Origin: Octopus sinensis
Lineage: Eukaryota
Direction: 5' to 3'
Length of the DNA: 64,000 bases
Assembly: GCF_006345805.1 (NCBI RefSeq)
Contig: NC_043024.1
Location: 13,702,001 to 13,766,000 of the forward strand
Under the pieces are notes generated by a model. That model had not been told where the DNA came from, searched no databases, and was given only the letters and a program-made list of their open reading frames with translations. The translations under genes and the position numbers were made by a program. Of this stretch, positions 41,765 through 55,329 are shown in pieces; position 1 is the first letter of the stretch; each line of letters begins with the position of its first letter.

Positions 41765-42588
41765 GCTCAAGGACGAAAACGCACTCCCGGGAACCAAACT
41801 AACTGCATTACAACTAGCAGTCGAATACTCTAACCATGACACCACACACCTCCACTAATTACGGTAAGTAATCAAATACCCATGATAATACACCCTCGGA
41901 TTTTACCGTATACAGCCTCAAGCTTCATCTAATTTTCAACTTCGGTTTTAAACCAAGTGAGAGTAATTCGTGGAAGATTTCGCTGCTATGTTTAGCTGGC
42001 CACGAGTCTACTTAGAAGCACTTTGTTGACTCCATGAAATATAATAATTACTCTCGGTGACATAATGCATATGACAAGTATTTTATTACATCTATCACAC
42101 GTGTACATTTATTTGATAAATGAAATACCATTACACGTTAACATTGTAACTTATGGAATGGGGTGGGGGTGGGGTGGAAAGATCTGTTCGATAGGAGTTC
42201 TCTCTCTTTATTTTATTATTATTATTTCTTTTATTTTGGTATTTTCAACATATATAGATAACGTCAGTTTCATTATTTCTCGAATCCTTCGCTGAGTTCA
42301 AATACATGCACGTATTATACAATCGCGTCAACGTACATATACACACTTGTTTCTATCTGCACCCACACCCACACACACACACATGCAGTTATATTCGCAC
42401 ACACTAAGTGAGACACGGGGTACATGTATGTATACGCATACACACGTGTGTGAATTTTATCGCTGTGAGAAGTTAACACACGCTTACATATTCCATATTT
42501 AAAATATACTCATGCCCGAGTACACACAGACACATGTACTCACAGAGGCAAACACACACACACATATATATATATATGTATATATATG

Positions 42589-42632
<44 letters not shown>

Positions 42633-42671
42633 CATATACATACACATACACACACACACACTCACACGCAC

Positions 42672-42719
<48 letters not shown>

Positions 42720-42892
42720 GCACATACATAGATATATATATATATACGTGCTTGCAAAAACACACATTGTGTGTGTGTGTGTGTGTGTGTGTGTATTTAT
42801 ATTTCCGTATATCATTATATGAATACGTAAACATCTACATACTTACGTGTATATGTATATACAACTTTTTAGGCATGCGCGTGTGTGCGTGT

Positions 42893-42924
<32 letters not shown>

Positions 42925-44061
42925 AGGTGTGCGTAAATCTTACCCTATTGTAATGATACTGTTGGAATCATATTTAAAGCAGTAGTCAGTATTATTATCT
43001 ACAGAGAATATCAATCTCCGACTACCTCGAACTTTTTAGCCTTTTCATATTTCTGTAATGGGTTTTGAATAAACATCTAACGATTATTCCTTTAAAATTT
43101 CTAAAATGGTTTAGTGAGATTAAGAGAATCAAAGCGTTTTTGACTTATCTATATTTTATTCTAGCAAAGCATATATATATAAACCGAAAATCAACAAAGA
43201 ACATGAAATCCTTCAGCTGCCCCCGTACTTGATTTATCATTTTAATGTTTGAAGTTTTTCGCAACAAACAGATTAAATTTCTCTCTGCAGAATATTAAAA
43301 ACTAGATGAAAGCCTAAGTGCGTCTGATGAACAAGAATTAAGAGATAGAAACGCAAAAGTAATAATAAACAATGAAAAGCAGAAGTTAGGGTGGGATATA
43401 AATAACTAATGTATTAGATTCATTGCTTCTCCGATAAAAACAATATAGCAAAATTAAACCTGACTTAGAATAAATATCCCGAAGCTGTGATTATTTGCAG
43501 AGACCGAGTTAATAACTTTGTTAGATTGACAAACTCCGTAGTCAAACGTCGGAGTTTCGTATCGTGTTAAAGTCGCTACATTTTTATTATGTTTTTCAAT
43601 GAGTTTATTTCGATAGACGAGAAAAATCTACCAGTGATACAAAGGGGAACTGTAAATGGCCATTTTAGATAATTAAAGAATTGGTGTTTGATTAATTCCT
43701 TGAGGCTAAAAGTTGGTATGTATACATAGTTCCTGATTCGTGGCGGTGTAGATTATAGAATACATGGGGGGACAAAAGTGTCACTCTCAAAATACGTTCA
43801 ACATGCTCCGGAATTGTTGAAGATATATTTAATTTTTTTCTAAAATTGAATAACATAAATAAAATAGTGATAAATACACACGTAACTGTATAGTGAATAA
43901 TAATCCATTCTGCTACAGGCACAAGGCCCGGATTAGGTGGGGAGGAGGCTGGTCAATTAGATCGGCTCCAGTTTTTAACTCGTACGTAATTTGTCGATCC
44001 CGAAGGATGGAAGATTGCACATGAATAATATTAGTAGTAGTAGTAGTAGTAGTTGTTGTAA

Positions 44062-44133
<72 letters not shown>

Positions 44134-44159
44134 GAGGAGGAGGAGGAGTAGTAGTAATT

Positions 44160-44466
44160 GTAGAAGAACTATAAATTGCTTGATGAGAACGATATATTAC
44201 CGCCGGAACAAAAAGGCTATAGAAGGAGATGCAGAGGTACCAAAGATCAACGGTTGATAGACAAAATGGTAATTCAAGATAATAAACGAAGGAGAACAAA
44301 TCTGGGAATGGCCTGGATTGACTATCGCAAAGCGCATTACATGATTCCTCGTTCGTGGATCCTTGAGTGCTTAGATCTCTTCGGAATTGCAAGGAATGTA
44401 AAGTGTTTTCTGAAGAGAAGAATGGTGGGATGCAAAACTGAACTGACATCTTACGGGAAAATATAG
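44160..44466 (+). mobile_element. R4/Dong-clade reverse transcriptase fragment
   Basis: [24 protein letters not shown]...[25 protein letters not shown] fits the EQKG / DQLLID / WIDYxKAYDxVPHSWI motifs. Follows (TAG)n. Confidence 0.9.
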
Positions 44467-45654
44467 TATGGGTACCCTGGGGAACAGAAAAGATGAAAGG
44501 CAAAGACGACCATGGCGAAACTTGAACTCATAACGTAGCTACGCATTTCGTCCGGCGCATTAACGATTCTGCCAGCTCGCCACCTTAATAGTATTGGTAA
44601 TGATTATTATAACGTTGATGCAATATAATAAATAAAATGCCAAAGGTTTTGGTACCTGACTTCTGGCCTACTGCGATGTTATTTCCGACTCCCTTTGTAG
44701 ATTAAGCCGCCGTTTAAATATTCATAAGTTTCGCAATTCCGTTCCCGTCTAAATTCCCTATACAACCATCAAGGAACGAAGCAGCGGGATTCATATATCT
44801 CACCTGTGATATAAAGTATGCGGTTTATTTTGAGTATTACATTTGCTCTGTCCTCGTCAAGTGACCAAACATATCTTTTATAATCTGCTTTGTATTTGTA
44901 CACAACGCCATTTTCTAAAACAGAGTTTGTCTTCATTTTGTGGTTCCACAAATATTATCAGATCAGAGATATTTTAATTTGGTTACTGTTTGTAGCCTTA
45001 GGTCCTGCTCTTATCGTTTTGACCTATCGGTTCCCAATATGTTTAACCATATTTGTTACTGTACTTTTCTTCTCCCCCCCCCATTTCTCTCTCTCTCTTC
45101 TAGATTGTTCTAGCTACCGCACGATTCTTCATGAGCAGATAATATCTAGTAAACGTTCTATCCCTATTGGCGATTATGTGGCTTCTGTTTACTGTTTTTG
45201 TCTTGTACAAACCACTTGTTTTCATCTTGCGTTTACTGGCTTTTATGTAGAATATATTTAGTGCACATATCTCGCTCCTGTATTCTATAGAGCTAAAGTT
45301 CAAGGTGAGATATAAACTTATCAATATTCCATTGTTCTTATATTTAAGTGTTCTTTATTCCCTGTATGATCCGTGTTTTTATTTTCAATTACCCGTTTGC
45401 ATTTTTGTCAGTGAATTTGTGTATTTATCGATCTTTTGGATTGTGAATTGTTCACGGTAATTTTCAAATGATTTTCAGTGAGCGATGTGTATTTCATGTA
45501 TCTCAATAAATTCTTTAATTATTTTAATCAAGTCTTTAATCAGAGAATTTCATCTGTTGATGCTGTTTCTTCTGTGTAAAATTCAAGTTTCATACGACAC
45601 TAATGGATTTAAATACACACGCACCCTCATAAAAAGCGAGGTATAATTTGTTGG

Positions 45655-45858
45655 CAGGTGTGTCTGTGTGGTAAGAATCTTGCTTTCCAACCACATGGTT
45701 CCGGGTTCAATCCAACTAAATGGCACGTTGGATAAGTGTCTTGAAGAAAGGCCTCGGGCCGACCAAAGAATTGGGATTGGATTTGGAGGACGGAAACTGA
45801 AAGAAACCAGACGTATACATACATACACACGAGCAAACATATACACATAATAAATATG

Positions 45859-45912
<54 letters not shown>

Positions 45913-46050
45913 GTGTGTGTGTGTGTGTGTGTGTACACCTAATTATGTATGTATATTTGTGTCTGTGTTGGTCCGCACCCAACATCGCTTCGCAACAAAT
46001 GTTGGCATATTTACCTCCCCGCAACTTAGAGGTTCGGCAAAATAGAACGA
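45655..46050 (+). mobile_element. SINE family B, 3'-truncated
   Basis: ctgtgtggtaagaatcttgctttccaaccacatggttccgggttcaatcc head, internal microsatellite and caacatcgc...ggttcggcaaaa. Confidence 0.85.
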
Positions 46051-46427
46051 TAATGTTCTTGCCTTGCCTTGAGCCAGTATCTGCTTGTAGAGTCATCACG
46101 TTATAGAATGTGTATTGAATATTGAAACCTAGTGCAGCGCTTCTTACTGTAGGTCTCCCCTCAGTCGATTTCTTCCAGAGAGCAATACTCACACCCTACA
46201 CGCAGGCACATACACACGGAAGCGCCTCATGCCGACCAAAGAGACGAAATATATAGAAAAGTAAGATAGAAAACTAATACGCGGGTGTATACGCATATTT
46301 GAGGAGTTATTGCTTCTTTCTGCAATAACCACCCATGAGCACAGTGATTAAACAACCACTAAGTTTATATATAACGATATTGAATAGACCATATATTTCT
46401 ATATATTTTTTTAGCATAATATGCTTC

Positions 46428-47033
46428 TTATTTTTATTGCACACAAGGGGCTAAACATAGAGGGGACAAACAAGGACAGACAAACTGATTAAGTTGATTA
46501 TATCGACCCCAGTGCGTAACTGGTATTTATTTAATCGACTCAAAAAGGATGAAAGGCAAAGTCGACCTCGGCGGAATTTGAACTCAGAACGTAGCGGCAG
46601 AAGAAATACCTATTTCTTTACTACTCAAAAGGGGCTACACACAGAGAGGACAAACAATGACAGACAAACGGATTAAGTCGATTACATCGATTAATCGACC
46701 CCAGTGCGTAATTGGTACTTAATTTATCGACCCCGGAAGGATGAAAGGCTAAGTTGACCTCGGCGGAACTTGAACTCAGAACGTAGCGGCAGACGAAATA
46801 TCTATTTCTTTACTACCCACAAGGGGCTCAACACAGAGGGGACAAACAAGGACAGACAAACAGATTAGGTCGATTATATTGACACCAGTGCGTAACTGGT
46901 ACTTAATTTGTCGAGCCCGAAAGGATGAATGGCAAAGTCGACCTCGGCGGAATTTGAACTCAGAACGTCACGGCAGACGAAATACGGCTACGCATTTCGC
47001 CCGGCGTGCTAACGTTTCTGCCAGCTCGTCGTC
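46428..47033 (-). mobile_element. SINE family A tandem trimer (one head plus three ~185-bp bodies)
   Basis: Three copies of cacaaggggct...gaactcagaacgtagcggcagacgaaata; single tRNA-like head at ~46985-47033. Confidence 0.9.
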
Positions 47034-49342
47034 TTGCTCTGAGACATATATATCATGAAAGGCCTGATTATGGATGATCTAAGGCATCACCGAAAATAGA
47101 TAAATGAACAGCAATGTCAAACATACGTATTGAGTACCGCACTATCTTCAGAAAGTATTCTCAGTCAGAATCTATTTTTGTTTCATAAATGCCATTCAAA
47201 ATATGAATGGTCCAACGTGAAGACCTAAAGAAGCTGATTCTGCTTTCTTTCGCTGCAGTGCATCGTCTTTGCAACATCGTATTAAATTTATTAAGTCACA
47301 ATTGAAATGAGGCCCAATGGGGATAAAAACACTGTACGGTCACAGCTGGAACCTCTTTGATCATAAGCGTGTTCGAATTGTGATATGAAGTTAATCAACA
47401 AAAAAAAAAAGATACTATGTCCGAACATTTCTAAAAGCCGGCAGATCGCCAGACGAACGGCAATTTCATGATGATACCCATTAAAATAAAGACACTTTAG
47501 AGACTCCGGTTAATATTTCAAATGTTTTAACCTAATATACCTAAGAAATAAGTATTTTACAAAACCCAAGAATGCAATAAAATTTATTTGCCTAAGTCCA
47601 CCACTTCAACAGCATCAATTTGTGTAACCAAATTTTCGGTTGTTTGCTTACCTTTTTTTTATTTCTTTAGTTTTAGAACTATTGCAATTAATGGGATTTC
47701 TTTCCATCAATAATAAACAGAAGAGCGAAAAGTCTACAGTAGTCGATCAGTTGAAGACACATAAAGACGAACAGCTAAGTGTTATAGCATTAGTGAGTAT
47801 GACAAAGATTTGCAATATAAAAGCTGCAATAGTTTATGAGAGACAAGAGAGAAATTTTGCCAAACATGATTATAGTATTTGAAGTCAAATTGGGAATGAA
47901 GAAATAATAGCGTAAGAAAGACTACACTGAAGCTAACAGGAGAACAATTTCTTGGCCATTTTAGTTTTTCCTTTTGCGGAGGGAAAGAAAATGGCGGTAA
48001 AGTGTGAAGACAACTATCATCTAATATGTCAATGGCTTCAGCGTTCTTCCTACAACGTAAGAAATCAAATACATTGGTACACGTCTGAGAATAATAGAGG
48101 AAGTGAGTTGCAATTAGAAAGTGGATGCTTAAATCCGTGTAAATCAGTGTCAAATGCCTTTCGTTTATTTTCGATGTAAAACGATATTCAGAAATTCCAG
48201 TGAAATTTACTTATCGAATTTCGTTGGCTCATATAATATGGTTTTATTGAAAAACCCAATAGGCATGATTCAACAAATGATTCTTCGGATAGCTTGTCTC
48301 ATATAATCACGAAGTCTGGTGTTAATAGCAGTATTTTGTAGTGACCAAATCCTTGAACTGTTCTTCAAGATAGAATTTTCTAGAAGAATTCATGTTGTTT
48401 ATCCCCAAGTAGAGCTTGACTCAGTACACTACGGTCAAATGCAAGTCCGAACATATGATAGCAATTCCGAAACTTCAAGAAAACATGAACTATTTTATTT
48501 TTAACTGTAGAACATGGAGTAGTTCGGATTATAAATAATAGTTTTATCTGCTTCGAGGTCCACAGCTACAAAAATCAGTTTTTAGTTTATTTTTTGTTAA
48601 TGCAAAATACCAAGTTGTTTGTGGAAGTATTCTTCGTTGCAAGATTCCACACTTTGGTTTTGATATTAAATTCTTCCTTTTCAGTTAAATTCTTCTTTTC
48701 TTTTAACCAATCTCGTAGACCCTCAAGGGCGCAGTTCTTTTCTCCTTCAAGTGCTACATCATAAACTGCATTTCAGGGTTTGGCTTTCTTCTTGAAAGCT
48801 GTATGAGTCTTATTTCAAGAATGTATGTGGATATAAATCAATAAAAAGAGTAAGGACTCTTCGGGTTTCTCCTAACCGTACATAAGAAGATCAATATGTA
48901 CAGAGAGTGACAGTATAAACTAACGATTGTCCGATTGAATTGCATTGCTGAAACTTGCAAAGTTTATGCGAAACACTGCTTTAAAAGAAACAGTCAGAGT
49001 GTGGGCGAGTACATTGGATCGCTCCAAAGATGTGCTGAGTTAATGTAGAACTGGAGTTAAACAACAATAACATCAATATTGTATCTTTTGTCTCCTCTTT
49101 TGTTTTTCACTTCTTTCAATCATTGGATGGCAGCCATTCTGGGGAACCGGCTTGAAAGTATCACACAAACAAATCCACCACACTACATACGTTTGGTAAT
49201 TATTGCATTTCACTTCATTGTTTGGCTGAACCGATAATTCAGGAAAGATAAACTGACGATCATCGTTTGTTGAGAGGTGGTTGGGTCAAACACACCTAGC
49301 CACACACACACTCACACACATGAGGACACACGTGCAAACATT

Positions 49343-49631
49343 TTTGCTCCTTCTCGAGCAATGCCTGGTTCATAGGAGCCGGTTTTCCGGTTTCCTTGGC
49401 GTATATGTTCCCCACCTGGACGGGACGCCGGTCCGTCTCAGGTGAGCTGCAAGATGCAGGAGGAAAGAGTGAGAGATAGTTGTGGCGAAAGAGTCAGCAG
49501 AAGTTTCGCCATTACCTTCTGCCAGAGCCACATGGAGCTTAGGTAATTCTCTCATAAACACACACATCACCCGGTCTGAGATGCGAACCCGCGAGTCCAC
49601 TGCTCTAACCACTAGGCCATATCCCTCCACA
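49343..49631 (-). mobile_element. SINE family C
   Basis: Reverse complement of 57901-58190. Confidence 0.9.
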
Positions 49632-50388
49632 CACGGACAAACATGAACACACACGTATCTACATCTATATATATGACGGGATTCCACATATCCTCCATCT
49701 ACCACAGTTTCTCACAGAACACTGATCGACAATTAACAAAAAAAAAAAAAATTGGTCCAAGGTATAGTTGTGCTGAACTTTTAACCATGTGGTTTCCAAG
49801 TGATATCCTTCACCACATAACCCTCATAGCCATTCTAGCATCTATAATTCTGATGTAACCGTAGACATATTACATTCTAATACAAACACCCATCGCTAGA
49901 GCTTACCGTCTATTTCTTATTTATGGTTAATTTTACATGGACTGACACGAAGATAAACAAACCAAAAAAATAGAAGATAAAAAAAGCATCAAAACCAAAG
50001 TTTTAATGTGTACGTATTTGTCAACTTTAAAATGACATGTAGTTAAAGAACACTTGAAAAATACTAATTGCTAATTACTATAATTAGCAAGAATATAATC
50101 TAATTTACAGTTTATAGACCGTCAGTTATTTTAGTTAAGAATTTAATTAGATGAGAAAACAGTGAACGAAAACGGATTAGCAAAGCAAGGAAAACAAAAT
50201 CAACATTTAATTATTTTATCAGTTTCAATAATTAGTCTGGTGCATATTTTTTTTTCTTTTCATGATAAATATTTCCCCAAAACGAACGAGATAAACATCG
50301 GTGCCTTCACTCAGTACTTATCACCTAGAAATGATATCAGTTTTTCAGTTCAACTCGTGATGACATAAATACATATATGTCTATATAA

Positions 50389-50440
<52 letters not shown>

Positions 50441-50462
50441 ATATATATATATATATATATAA

Positions 50463-50502
<40 letters not shown>

Positions 50503-50525
50503 ATATATATATATATATATATATA

Positions 50526-51799
50526 CTAGCATTAAAGACCCGTCGTTGCCGGGTCGTAGTGATAGTGCATGTATATATGTGTACATATTACATGTACATC
50601 TATGTATATACATCTACACATAAAATACAAAATACAAAGTTATATCTTGATATCGCTAGTGATAACAATACTCAAAATATATAACAGACTGGAATTGTTA
50701 GCCCGTCTCTTGTAATTTCGATCAATTGGATCTTGTCCTCCCTCTGGTATAGAAGTGTGGCTACAATCCGACGGCTGCAGCGAAATTCCTTTTTGGACTT
50801 TCTTCTATCGAAGACATTTTAACAAAAATACTTCCGTGTAAACGGTGAAAATACTGTCAATTTCCCCAAACAGGAACACAATTCAATTTTTAAACAATAA
50901 CCAAAGCTCCTTCTCCAATAGGGGGGGGGGGTACGGTTTACAATTATTTAACAAATGCAACACATCAACGCTTCCCTTACGAGGAACCAACAAACGTGAC
51001 AACAATAGTTAAACAGAAATAATAATAACAACAAACCTTACGGTAAACCAAAAAGCAGTACTCTGTTGAAGCTATAGGCCTTTATGGATCAGAAATAAAC
51101 TAACGGCGGTACTCAGTAGAATGCTTAATGCTAGCTAATTAGCAAATAATCTAATGTAAAAGCCTTGCACACCTCCATCTGGACAATTCCATTTCTGCAC
51201 TTAAATTTTATTTTCTTTTTATTCCCATTCATGTGAAACCACTGATTCAAGTGCAAGTCATTGATGCAATTGTATACCAATTTTTACTTTTACTTTTGTT
51301 ATGTTACGATAATATTATACTTTAGTTTGATTTTAATTATTACTTACTACCTATAATTCAATTGTTATTATTATTTTTATTGTTAAAGTGAAAGTATCTG
51401 ACATAAAATAGAGAAATGTATTTGTTTCATTTTTAACACGTAATACTGTAATAGTGGAGAAGATATGATATTGCTATGGGCTCGCTCTAGGCAAGAAGTT
51501 GAACATGTTTTTGCCCTTGAAACTACATAGATCCTAAGTAAGGCATGTGTAAAATTTGAATGAAATTGGTTGTGTAGTTCTCAAGTTTTAGGGAATCGTA
51601 GTGGAGAAGATATGATATTGCCGTGGGCTCACACTAGACAAAAAGTTAAAATTGTTGGCCGATGACACTCCCCGGACCCTAAGTAAGGCATGTGTAAAAT
51701 TTGAATGAAATTGGTTGTGTAGTTTTCAAGTTTTAGGTAAACACACAGACAGACAGACAGATAGACAGACACACATTCTCAGTTTTATGTATATAAAGA
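50526..51799 (-). mobile_element. Non-autonomous Helitron
   Basis: Minus strand begins A|TC (51799) and ends CTAG|T (50526). GC-rich hairpin gacccg-tcgttgc-cgggtc (50537-50555) lies 7 nt from the 3' end. No TSD. Internal ~140-bp duplication (~51452-51592 / 51599-51738) and subterminal (GACA)n. Confidence 0.85.
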
Positions 51800-51862
<63 letters not shown>

Positions 51863-51891
51863 GCTATATATATATATATGTATATATAAAG

Positions 51892-53504
51892 GGACAACAA
51901 GAACCAAGGCAGGACGAGTATCTCAAAGCATTTAGAATATTTAATTAGAGGAAGGGGAATTTGAATTGCTTATTGGATGTATTAAAACTAGCCGTTTCCA
52001 CAACTAACTCACGCAAAACTGACAGCTGCAATTGCCGGTCTGGTACCGTATGCCCGCTGCAAGCCAACCTCTGGCGACTTAACGTGGTATATAAATTGAT
52101 TGTCCGCAATATATTGTACATTTCTACAAGCCATTACGTCGGGTCTTCTATTAATTTGAAAGGAAGATATTCGGCATATCTGAATTCATTTAAATATGAG
52201 GAGCATAGCAAATCCACGTCCCTAGCCAACCACATACACCCTCTGGTAAATAAGAAAATATCATATAGGGTATCCTGAGCCATAATAAATTCTGGAGTCC
52301 CATACCAAGGCCAACTTTCCACGTGTGTCTGAATGAATCCCTTCAAATATTAATTTGTAATTCAGCATAATTACTCAATAAACCACACGAAGCCTTCTCT
52401 ACCTGTAAGCATAAATTCTGTCGCACCTTTAGATTCTTCCGTAAGTCCGAATGCAAGCAAAATAAATACACATAACACTTGCCTATATGCCTCCACGGTC
52501 GTTACAATATACGTACGTTTTTCCATTTCTTCTCTATTAGCAGAAGTATCTTAGAAGCTAATTAACTACAATAATCATGTTTTTAATTATTAGTTTTAAA
52601 TTTAAATTTTTAATCTTATAGATTAAAAATTAATTTCTAATTTTTAATACTTTAATTTTTATACTTTATCCATTTTTTATCCTTTATGTAGCCCCTTAAA
52701 CTAAACATCTATTCTTAATTGTCCCTACACATCACTGAACTAAATTTTCGTTCTGGCCATACCAAACCTACGATTCCTCTGTTTAACTGATAGACATAAA
52801 TACCTTCCTCCTCTATTTTACCAAAACCTTAATACCTGACCTCTCACACTGAACCAATCCTTTCGAAGAATAATATTGGCATTTTATTTTTATCTTTATT
52901 TTTCACTTTTTTTAATTTTATTTTCCTTTCGCTCTCATTCATTCTTTCCCACACCTATCTCCTCCTTTTCTTTTCCCTCTTTCTCCTTTCTCTTCTATTC
53001 ACTCACTCACAACCCATATCTGTCTTTCTCACTCTCTTTTTACCCAGGTGGACCTTTTTCATACAAGCTAATCATTTAATTCTATTCCTTCAACACAAAC
53101 CCAATATTCAAACTACTGCCAAAAAATGCCTGGATTTCCCTGGGATTATACCTAAGGGCCTATATCTTCACTGAAGTACGTACCAAACTCCACAACCTCT
53201 GAAAGAGCTGCGAACTTTATTCTCCTCTCTGTATTCTTCTACCTACACTTTTCCTCTTTATTCTTCTATCTACTATTTTATTCCTCTCTAAACTGCAAAT
53301 CACCCGTCTAGATCTTTCAGACATTCTCACCTTGTCTCTTAAAAGGGAATACCCAGTGTATGGAGATCCTATCCTATCACTTCGGATATAGCAGAATCAG
53401 CCTTAAGACATGCAATAATTAATTAGTTACTTCAAATTCACCATACTCTAATTAGATGTTAGAAATGACACGAGATACTCGTCCTGTCTTGGTTTTTGTT
53501 GTCC
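51892..53504 (+). mobile_element. 5'-truncated Penelope-like element with inverted 3'-end copy
   Basis: gacaacaagaaccaaggcaggacgagtatctc (51893-51923) is the reverse complement of gagatactcgtcctgtcttggtttttgttgtc (53472-53503). Contains a GIY-YIG remnant and a long pyrimidine-rich 3' region. Confidence 0.75.
52000..52440 (+). pseudogene. PLE GIY-YIG endonuclease pseudogene (Naiad-like by motif)
   Basis: CNCRSGTVCPL...NVVYK...HYVGSS.NLKGRY..YLNSF......STSLANHI; after a stop and frameshift, VCLNESLQI...LLNKPHE...CKH. Confidence 0.8.
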
Positions 53505-53790
53505 TGGATATACGGCTTGATTTAAAAATAAAATAAATTAAGAATTCACAATTACAGTGAACTATATATATACGTTATGCAATTTTAATCATGCAGTATA
53601 TTCATTAAGTGTTTATTTGGCCAAATTTGTTTAAATATTTTATCTGAACATACTCTCTTATACATTTGGAATATCTCTAATTTAATTACCCCAATTTTAC
53701 GGAATCTTAATTATAATTACATATATATGTGTGTGTGTATTTGTTAGTGTGCGTAAGTGTATGTGCGTGCGCGTTTGTATATATGTTTGT

Positions 53791-54208
53791 ACTCTTTTAC
53801 TCTTTTACTTGTTTCAGTCATTTGACTGCGGCCATCCTGGAGCACCGCCTTTAGTCGAGCAAATCGACCCCGGGACTTATTCTTTGTAAGCCCAGTACTT
53901 ATTCTATCGGTCTCTTTTGCCGAACCGCTAATTGACGGGGACGTAAACACACCAGCATCGGTTGTCAAGCGATGTTTGGGAGAGAAACACCGACACACAC
54001 ACACACACACATACATACATATATATATATATATATACATATATACGACAGGCATCTTTCAGTTTCCGTCTACCAAATCCACTCACAAAGCATTGGTCGG
54101 CCCAGGGCTATAGCAGAAGACACTTGCCCAAGATGCCACGCAGTGGGACTGAACCCGGAACCATGTGGTTAGTTAGCAAGCTACTTACCACACAGCCACT
54201 CCAGTGTA
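53791..54208 (-). mobile_element. SINE family B, full-length reference copy
   Basis: Sense strand: A-box tggctgtgtggtaag, B-box gggttcagtccc, CORE-like ttgggcaagtgtctt, internal (TA)/(TG) tract and (AAAAGAGT)-like tail. Confidence 0.9.
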
Positions 54209-54462
54209 CCCCACCTATGCATGTCTATCTATTCGTGAGGAAATTTGATTGCGAAGTGGACGAGTTCTGCGGAAGGAAACTTCTAGTTTCAACGGAAGGG
54301 AAGGGAATACAACGAGAACAGCAGAGAGCAATGTGACACACATAAGACATCTACTGCATTCGTCTCGTTTCACAGGCGTCCTGCTCTGGTCTTGCAATTC
54401 GATTGGAAATCCTCAAGGTCGTGCTGCTGATCGATGGGTGGCATCTCTTCTTTACTTTAAAC

Positions 54463-55029
54463 CAACGGTTGTAATCCGAGATCGATATGGAACCTGAGGG
54501 TCCATGTATAATGTTGGGGTCCATACAAGCAACATAGGTAAGTGGTAAATCACAATAATATTGTAAAGGCCATTGAAAACGGTTTGCTTTACATGTATAT
54601 ATTAGTGTGTATTGTAAGAAGCTGCTGGGTTTCTTAAACAATTTAAATAGTTTAACCCTTTAGGGTTTAAACTGGCCATATCCGGCCCAAATATTCTGTA
54701 TGTTTTATATTCAAACTGGTGATATCTAGCCTCTCACACCTAACATACATTGATATTCTAAAAATAAACAATCACATCATTGAAACCTCAAAGCTATAAG
54801 ATAATGCATGATTAATTCAAGACAATTTGAGTGAAAAAGTATTACATTTAACAGAGCAATCTGAATACTAAATGTTTAATCTACACAAGGTAATGTGTGA
54901 GAAACAAAATAGAAATTTTGAAAGAGGTATCTGTAGACGTAGTTTCTAAACATGGAATGGCTTTATGTTCTATTAGAATAAAATAGTAATGAAATGGGTC
55001 CATAGATGAAGAATGGTTGAGAATCCCTG
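54463..55029. mobile_element. hAT-like MITE
   Basis: Ends caacggttgtaatcc and ggttgagaatccctg, flanked by ctttaaac and atttaaag (degenerate 8-bp TSD); subterminal gggtccat repeats. Confidence 0.55.
54652..54879. mobile_element. piggyBac-like MITE nested in the hAT MITE
   Basis: TTAA-CCCTTTAG at left and CTAAATGT-TTAA at right (degenerate CTAAAGGG-TTAA). Confidence 0.6.
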
Positions 55030-55329
55030 ATTTAAAGAAAGTCGTAGCAGAAGTCATAAATCATCGTTAATGTTACCCAGATGGTCCTCGTCACGATGAC
55101 AGAAGAATATTTATATATTCGCATACCCACATTCCTTGTTGCCATTATCTGTAAGATCTCATATTTTATATGAACGAATGACAACAGATGAAAGCATAAT
55201 TGAAAATATATTCTGAAAGCCGCAGATAAAAAGTTTATTGAAATGATTGAAATATAACTGAATTTTGTTCATGAATGTTGTCCACGTGAAATATATGTCT
55301 GTACAATTACGTTTGTGCGTTTATTTTCT

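Larger units (their letters stand above)
41060..41855 (-). mobile_element. tRNA-derived SINE interrupted by an RTE insertion
   Basis: Body 41060-41299 and head 41765-41855, separated by an insert bounded by the 13-bp duplication gctcaaggacgaa. Confidence 0.7.

Noticed and set aside
43530-43560. aaactccg/cggagttt hairpin as hammerhead stem III
   Set aside because: No CUGANGA-like core at the required position on either strand.
52276-52278. In-frame TGA as selenocysteine, as reported for some Naiad PLEs
   Set aside because: The position corresponds to a likely Trp (TGG>TGA), and the ORF has further stops and a frameshift.
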